This document shows positions 58,167 to 64,000 of a DNA stretch of 64,000 nt, in pieces. The number at the start of each line of letters is the position of its first letter. Positions within the stretch are counted from its first letter, which is position 1. Below the pieces are notes generated by a model that was not told where the DNA came from, searched no databases, and saw only the letters and a list, made by a program, of their open reading frames with translations. The position numbers were made by a program, and so were the translations under genes. Source of the DNA: an uncultured Spirochaetota bacterium (GTDB taxonomy: Bacteria; Spirochaetota; Spirochaetia; SZUA-6; Fen-1364); contig CAVTHO010000007.1 in the NCBI GenBank assembly GCA_963734545.1, positions 864,001 through 928,000 on the forward strand, given 5' to 3'.

Positions 58167-58586
58167 CTATTTCCTGCCGTACAAGCCGTGGATGTATTCG
58201 GTGGTGTTGTCGAGCTGCACGTGGCTGATGGTGCAGCGTCCTTCGAGGATGACGCCGTCCTGGATGATCAGCTCGGGTGTCTTGATGTCACCGAGCACGC
58301 GTGCGGTGGAAAGCAGGAGGATGCGGCGGGACGCGGCTATGTTGCCGATGATGACGCCCTCCACCACCACGCTGGTCGCGATGATATTCGTCTTCACCCG
58401 TCCCTTGGGCCCGATCTGGAGCTGGTCCACGAGGAGGGACTGGCCCTCGAATCTGCCGTCGATGCGCAGGCTCCCGCGGATGGCGAACTTTCCCTCGAAG
58501 AAGGATTCTTCGCCTATGGAGGAGTTGGCTTCAATGTCGATCTGCACTCTCGTTCTCCTGGCGCGGACCCGGGGCCGGTTATCCAT
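58167..58586 (-). CDS. Bactofilin
   Basis: SIGEESFFEG; LRIDGRFEG; VLGDIKTPELIIQDGVILEGRC. Confidence 0.9.
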   Translation of the reverse strand: MDNRPRVRARRTRVQIDIEANSSIGEESFFEGKFAIRGSLRIDGRFEGQSLLVDQLQIGPKGRVKTNIIATSVVVEGVIIGNIAASRRILLLSTARVLGDIKTPELIIQDGVILEGRCTISHVQLDNTTEYIHGLYGRK

Positions 58587-59376
58587 CGATCTCTGGGATG
58601 TTGAGATAGCCTACCGCCTCGGCGGCGACATCCTTCAGCTGGGCAAGTGCGTCGATGACCTTCCTCCCCTGCAGCATCCTGCTTCCCTCTATCCTGTCAA
58701 AAGAGACCTCTCCGTCGCTGTTGCGGCACTTCACGCCGCCGGCGCGGGCATCCTCCACCAGCTCGCCGCAGAAGCGCTCGACCGCGCGGAAGAACTTCGC
58801 GGCCTCCACCTCGACGAGTCGGGTAAGCTTGAGCGCACGCTTGCGCACCTCGATTTCCAGCTCCCGGCTGACGATTCCTTCCGTGATGCTCTGGTGCGCC
58901 TCACGATATTCGGCGATCTTCCGCTGCAGGGACTCGAAGCCGTTGTAGAAGGCGTCCCTGTCCATGGAGAACTTCAGGTCCAGCTTCAGCTGCTTTTCCG
59001 TGAGGAAGGGCAGGAATTCCCGCTCGAAATATGCCGTGTACAACGTGAGATGGAACATCTCGCTCTGCAGGGAGGTCGGCGCAGTGTCCTTTGCCGCGAA
59101 TGACGCGATCCGCTTGCCGGGAGACAGGCCCGAGTTCTCCTTCACGAGGACGGCAAGAACAGGGTACAGATCCAGGGGTTCCTCTTCCGCGGGGCTCTCC
59201 TCCAGGTGTCGCTCGTCAATGACGTTCACCGCGAGGATCTTTTCACGAAAGCCCTGGAATTCCTTGAGCTGGCGCTGCACCCTCTCGCGCTGGTCCGCGT
59301 CATGAGCCGTGCGGTATACCGCCTCGTATTGACGGATGAGCTTGTTGAGACGCTTCAGCTCCTCCTCGGGAGTCAT
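58579..59376 (-). CDS. Hypothetical protein
   Basis: Long ORF in an operon with the bactofilin gene; helical; start uncertain (59376 or 59418). Confidence 0.7.
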   Translation of the reverse strand: MTPEEELKRLNKLIRQYEAVYRTAHDADQRERVQRQLKEFQGFREKILAVNVIDERHLEESPAEEEPLDLYPVLAVLVKENSGLSPGKRIASFAAKDTAPTSLQSEMFHLTLYTAYFEREFLPFLTEKQLKLDLKFSMDRDAFYNGFESLQRKIAEYREAHQSITEGIVSRELEIEVRKRALKLTRLVEVEAAKFFRAVERFCGELVEDARAGGVKCRNSDGEVSFDRIEGSRMLQGRKVIDALAQLKDVAAEAVGYLNIPEIDG

Positions 59377-59495
59377 GAAAAAGAGTTTAGCATTCCGACT
59401 GCCGAAAGAAAAGCCCATGCGGATCGCCGGAGGCGCGCCGCATGGGCTGATTGCGCAGCAAAAGAGATCACGATGCTCCGTGACCGCGATAAATC

Positions 59496-60213
59496 CTACC
59501 AGCCGTCGGACATGTCGTCCACATCTCTCCGGGACTCGCCGAAGAGGTCAGTGACTGCCCTCAGGTCGTCCAGGTACAGGTAGTACACTCCGTAGGAATC
59601 CAGCGGGTCCGTGTCCACCTCGAAGCCCGTAATCCGAATTCCACTCTTGTAGCCGTAGTGATATTCTGATTGCAGGATGCTCGGGGGGATGGCCACCGTC
59701 AGCTTCTTCCACCCGACGAAATTGAGGGTGCCGATCGTGAGCTGTTTGGTCTGCCCGGCGTAGTCCTCGAAAATGACCTTCAGCGTGTGATTGAAATTCC
59801 TTCCCACCACCCACACGGAAATCGTCTTCACGATGCCTTCGACGGCGAGGGGCGTTTGCCGGATGGATGGCGAAGAAGGAATCACCCCTGTGGAAGAAGC
59901 TCACCTTCACGCCCAGGACGTACTTGTCCTCCTCCTTGATTCCCAAGGAGGTTTCCTCCGGGATCGGCTGCTTCCCTGCGGGTGACCCGTCGAGTCTCTT
60001 GCCCACTACCACACCCATGTCGAGCGGCATTGCCGTTTGCCAGAATGCGGCGTCCTCGAACTTGGCGATGGAGACTTCCTTCAAAAGCTGCTGGGCCTGG
60101 TCCTTGCCGATTTCTGCCGGATTCGGAGCGCCTGCCACGACGTTCTGGGCAAACGCGGGGCCGCTCAGCAGGGCGGCAAAAGCGAGCAGGGCGATGGTCA
60201 GTCGTGACTTCAT
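59496..60213 (-). CDS. flaA: Flagellar filament outer-layer protein FlaA (frameshift near 59866)
   Basis: Signal peptide; VLGVKVSF; KTISVWVVGRN; LNFVGWKKL; YLDDLRAVTD. Confidence 0.9.
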
Positions 60214-60224
60214 CTTGGCGTCTC

Positions 60225-60965
60225 CTATTTGGTTCCCTGCTGCCAGAGAGTATTGAGTGTATCCGCGTCCGCCAGGTCCTCGCCGTCGAACCGCTGCACG
60301 GAGAGGTCGGTCAGGACGTTCAGCTCGTCGATGAAGAAGAAGAAATCGTCCACCTTCTCATCCGGCGCGGTCGTGATCACCAGCTTCGTCAGCTCGAGAC
60401 CGGCGAAGCGGGGGATGTAGATGCGCGATTGGGGGATGGCGCCGGAGATCGGGGCGTTGAGATGCTTCCAGCCGGCAAACAGCAGCGAGCCCATATGCAG
60501 CACATGATCGATGCCCTGGTAGTCCCGGATGTAGACATCGAGCGTGTAGTTATAGTTCGAGCCCCACACCCAGCAGTCAATGCTCTGCGCGTGCCCGGGA
60601 AGCGGGAGCGCTGCTGGCTGGAACTTGCCGGAGCTGTCCTTCATGGCGGGAATAATCTCGATGGTGTTGTACGACTTCCTGTCGAATTTGCCGTGGATGC
60701 CGAGAGAGGCGAGGCTCTTCCCTTCCGTCTTTCTGCCGTACAAGGCCTCGGGCCACGCTTTCACTATCTGCATCTGCGGGAAGCCCTGCGTGGCGTACCT
60801 GCTTCCCTGCACGATCCAGTTCCCGGCGGTTGCCGGATCATCCCACGTGGCGATATTCTTCGAGGTTATCGTTTGAGTGATTTCTTCGCCCATGACAACT
60901 GCGGCGGCTAAAAATAACGCTAATGCAAGCACCGTGCCGAGGAACGCTCTCAATCCTGGCCTCAT
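60225..60965 (-). CDS. flaA: Flagellar filament outer-layer protein FlaA
   Basis: SLGIHGKFDRKSYN; WVWGSNYNY; GSLLFAGWKHL; FDGEDLAD. Confidence 0.9.
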   Translation of the reverse strand: MRPGLRAFLGTVLALALFLAAAVVMGEEITQTITSKNIATWDDPATAGNWIVQGSRYATQGFPQMQIVKAWPEALYGRKTEGKSLASLGIHGKFDRKSYNTIEIIPAMKDSSGKFQPAALPLPGHAQSIDCWVWGSNYNYTLDVYIRDYQGIDHVLHMGSLLFAGWKHLNAPISGAIPQSRIYIPRFAGLELTKLVITTAPDEKVDDFFFFIDELNVLTDLSVQRFDGEDLADADTLNTLWQQGTK

Positions 60966-61015
60966 GCGCGTCTCCTTCTGCTCAATCCATTCACTAGGTA
61001 TCCGTCTCATCAGAA

Positions 61016-61044
61016 ATTATATTTCCCGTGGTATCCCTTGTCAA
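61016..61044 (-). promoter_or_regulatory. Consensus sigma70 promoter of the flaA genes
   Basis: TTGACA-N17-TATAAT, perfect consensus. Confidence 0.85.
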
Positions 61045-61070
61045 ATCTTTTTCCCGTCATCTGCCCTGCC

Positions 61071-61970
61071 TCACCGCTCGCGTCGGGGTTCACGCGCGGC
61101 GCGACATGACCCCGCGCCGGGCCGATACAGCTCCTCCGCGAGATAGGAGCTGCGCACGTAGGGTCCCGCATGGACTACGGGAATGCCCCGGTCCCGCGCC
61201 GCCTGTTCAAGTGCCTCAAACTCTTCCGGGCGAAGGTATCTGACCACGGGGACATTTTCCCGCGTCGGCTGCAGGTACTGTCCGATCGTGAGAATGTCCA
61301 CCCCGGCGGCTGCAAGATCGTCGAAAAGACGGGCCAATTCGTCGTAAGTCTCGCCAAGACCCGCCATTATGCCGCTCTTGATCATGACGTGATCTGTCGC
61401 GTGAGCCCGGCGCAGAACCTCGAGGGACCGGTGGTAGTCCCCTCCACGACGAACGAGAGGGTAAAGGGATTGCACGGTTTCGAGATTGTGCCCGAAAACT
61501 TGAATCGGGAGCCCTGCGACAGATTCAACTGCCTCCTGCCTCCCCCCGAAATCAGGCACGAGCAGCTCGATGCCCATGCCGGGCAGGACCGCGCGGATTT
61601 CCCGCACAACACCGGCAAAGTGGGAAGCGCCTCCATCGGGAAGGTCGTCTCGGGTCACCGAAGTGATCACGGCGTAGCGTATCGACATTTCAGCCAGGGT
61701 GCGCGCGATTGCCCTGCCCTCTCCTGGATCGAGCGCGGCGCCCTTCCCGTGCTGAACCGCGCAGAATCCGCAGTGGCGCGTGCAGATTGCCCCCATGATG
61801 AGGAATGTCGCATTCCCCGCGCGGAAACACTCGGACAGGTTGGGGCAGCGGCCTGATTCGCAGATCGTGTGCAGGCCCTGCCCCGCGATCCTCGCCTTTC
61901 TTGCTGCGGTCTCGCCCGTCAGCGACGTCTTTTTTCGAAGCCACGCGGGCCTTCTCTGCTGCTCCGTCAT
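61071..61970 (-). CDS. lipA: Lipoyl synthase
   Basis: CESGRCPNLSEC; CTRHCGFC; TSVTRDDL; GQYLQP; VRSSY. Confidence 0.95.
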   Translation of the reverse strand: MTEQQRRPAWLRKKTSLTGETAARKARIAGQGLHTICESGRCPNLSECFRAGNATFLIMGAICTRHCGFCAVQHGKGAALDPGEGRAIARTLAEMSIRYAVITSVTRDDLPDGGASHFAGVVREIRAVLPGMGIELLVPDFGGRQEAVESVAGLPIQVFGHNLETVQSLYPLVRRGGDYHRSLEVLRRAHATDHVMIKSGIMAGLGETYDELARLFDDLAAAGVDILTIGQYLQPTRENVPVVRYLRPEEFEALEQAARDRGIPVVHAGPYVRSSYLAEELYRPGAGSCRAAREPRRER

Positions 61971-62894
61971 CAGCCCCCCAGGCGCGATCTGGCAGCGGCC
62001 GGCACCGGCCGCGCTTTTCCCGGCACGACGCGCACGGGGCCGTCCACCGCGCGAATGCCCGGCGCCGTGCGCCCGAGCGCGCGTGCGATGCCTGCGGGAA
62101 TATCCTCTTCAACGGATACGAACACCTGGGCGGGAAAAGCGCCCGAAAAGGCCCAGTCCGCAACGACGGCGCAGCCGCCCGCATCTCTCATCACTTCCAG
62201 GCACCACGGGTCGAGGCTCCCCATTCCCAGGAGGAATATCTCCACGCCTTGCCCGCGCATCTGCTCGATCGCGGTCTTGACGCCGGACCGGTCAGTACCG
62301 TCCGCGAGCACCCTGACCGTCGGTCGCGCTCCCTGCAGAGCCTCCGCCACACCCGCGACGAATCCCTCCGTCTCGGCCGCCGTGAGCGGCGAGGTCGAGT
62401 TGAGCAGGATTCCGACGCGCGAGCCCAGCGCGAGCGACACTTCACCCCGGGCACGTTCGCGCACGGACTCTCCCGCTGCGAAAGCCGGCCGCGGTGAACG
62501 CTCGTGTCCTGTCGAACACGAGCGCCACCGCGTTCTGCGGCAGATCATCCACGGCGCCGCCCTTGATAAGAATGAAACGTGTGCGGGGAGACTGCGGGAC
62601 ATATCCCTTCCATTCATAGGAGAGGAGCGGTCCCACGACGACCGTGCGGAACGGGCCGGCTGACACGTCCTGCGCCAGGCGCGCGGCGGGATTTTCCTGC
62701 GGGCCACGCACGAAGATGCGCGGCAGGTATCCGTTCTGGACCGCTGCCCGCGCAATGGAGAGACGCACCTGCGCGTCGTCGCCGAGGGACATCCAGAACG
62801 GCTGCTCGAATGAGAACATGACTGACCCGTTCCAGCATCCGGACGCGAAGAGCAGGCACAGCGCGGGAATTGTCAGGGTAATGGCCTTCTTCAC
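61970..62894 (-). CDS. Lipoprotein, possibly periplasmic-binding (BMP-like), frameshift near 62510
   Basis: ASGC lipobox; LVFDRTRAF..AG; FVAGV; halves in different frames. Confidence 0.55.
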
Positions 62895-62974
62895 GGGGGA
62901 TGGGCGACCTCGAGCCCTTGACAGTCTATGCGCATCAAAGGATATTAGTCCATACCTTTTCCGGAGGAGAAAGA

Positions 62975-63949
62975 ATGGTCAGCTACAAACAGCTCGGCCT
63001 CGTGAACACGCGTGAGATGTTCCGCAAGGCCATGGCGGGCAAGTACGCCATCCCGGCCTACAACTTCAACAACATGGAGCAGCTCCAGGCCATCATCCAG
63101 GGCTGCATCAACAGCAGGTCCCCGGTCATCCTGCAGGTGTCCAAGGGAGCGCGCAAGTACGCCAACCAGATCCTCCTCCAGTACATGGCGCAGGGCGCCA
63201 TGGAGATGATCAAGGCCTCCGGCGTGCCGGTTCCCGTCGCCCTCCACCTCGATCACGGCGACACCTACGAGCTGTGCGTGTCCTGCATCGAGAGCGGGTT
63301 CTCCTCCGTCATGATCGACGGCTCCGCGCACCCGTACGAGAAGAACGTGGAGCTCACGAAGAAGGTCGTGGATTTCGCCCACACGCACGACGTCACGGTG
63401 GAAGGCGAGCTGGGCGTGCTGGCGGGCATCGAGGACGAGGTGCACGCGGAAACCTCGCACTACACCGACCCGAACGACGTGGAGGACTTCGTGAAGAAGA
63501 CCGGCGTGGACAGCCTCGCCATCTCCATCGGCACATCCCACGGCGCGTTCAAGTTCAAGGTGAAGCCGGGCGAGCCCCTGCCCACCCTGCGGTTCGACAT
63601 CCTGGAGGAAGTGGAGCGACGGATCCCCGGATTCCCCATCGTCCTGCACGGCGCCTCCTCCGTGCTCAAGGAGTACGTGGACATGATCAACAGGTACGGC
63701 GGGAAAGATGGAAGGCGCGGTCGGGCATCCCGGAAGACCAGCTGCGCACGTGCCGCGTGCTCCAGCGTGTGCAAGATCAACATCGATTCGGACGGCAGGC
63801 TCGTCATCACCGCCATGATCCGCAAGGTATTCGCGGAGGACCCGAAGGGCTTCGATCCCCGCAACTACCTCGGTCCCGCGCGTGACGAGCTCACGAAGCT
63901 CATCGAAAGGAAGAACAAGGAAGTCCTCGGGAGCGCGGGCAGGGTGTAG
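62975..63949 (+). CDS. fba: Class II fructose-bisphosphate aldolase
   Basis: LHLDHG; SSVMIDGS; VEGELG; SIGTSHG; VLHGAS; KINIDSD; compensating indels near 63710-63750. Confidence 0.95.
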   Translation: MVSYKQLGLVNTREMFRKAMAGKYAIPAYNFNNMEQLQAIIQGCINSRSPVILQVSKGARKYANQILLQYMAQGAMEMIKASGVPVPVALHLDHGDTYELCVSCIESGFSSVMIDGSAHPYEKNVELTKKVVDFAHTHDVTVEGELGVLAGIEDEVHAETSHYTDPNDVEDFVKKTGVDSLAISIGTSHGAFKFKVKPGEPLPTLRFDILEEVERRIPGFPIVLHGASSVLKEYVDMINRYGGKDGRRGRASRKTSCARAACSSVCKINIDSDGRLVITAMIRKVFAEDPKGFDPRNYLGPARDELTKLIERKNKEVLGSAGRV

Positions 63950-64000
63950 CAGCCCACGGGCCGGCGGATATCGGCAGGGTTCAAAATGGAAGAGAAAAAA

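Overview
GC-rich chromosomal window, most likely from a Spirochaetota bacterium. Evidence: two flaA sheath genes, the murC-yicC-cmk-like-rpoZ synteny, a PilZ protein and two bactofilins. It is mostly housekeeping DNA: two sugar ABC systems with their regulators, a GH1 beta-glucosidase, mtaB, pta, dapBA, rsmA, comEC, accBCDA, ilvD-ilvB-ilvN-leuA-cimA, lipA, fba, four tRNAs and several signalling genes. Many essential genes are split by single-base indels clustered in blocks, which I read as long-read or polishing errors rather than pseudogenes, so the coordinates of those genes are approximate. Signals the ORF track does not show: (1) a complete Leu/Ile/Val leader-peptide attenuator upstream of ilvD; (2) a family of short repeats found between genes and inserted in frame inside murC and mtaB; (3) a decayed tRNA-Glu-targeted island with a displaced tRNA 3' end plus terminator and a diverged cimA fragment; (4) a small unit with a promoter, operator, 14-aa peptide and two related membrane proteins; (5) a possible serine palmitoyltransferase. 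I saw no CRISPR array, rRNA, transposase or integrase. All calls come from motif recognition by eye; no database searches were run.
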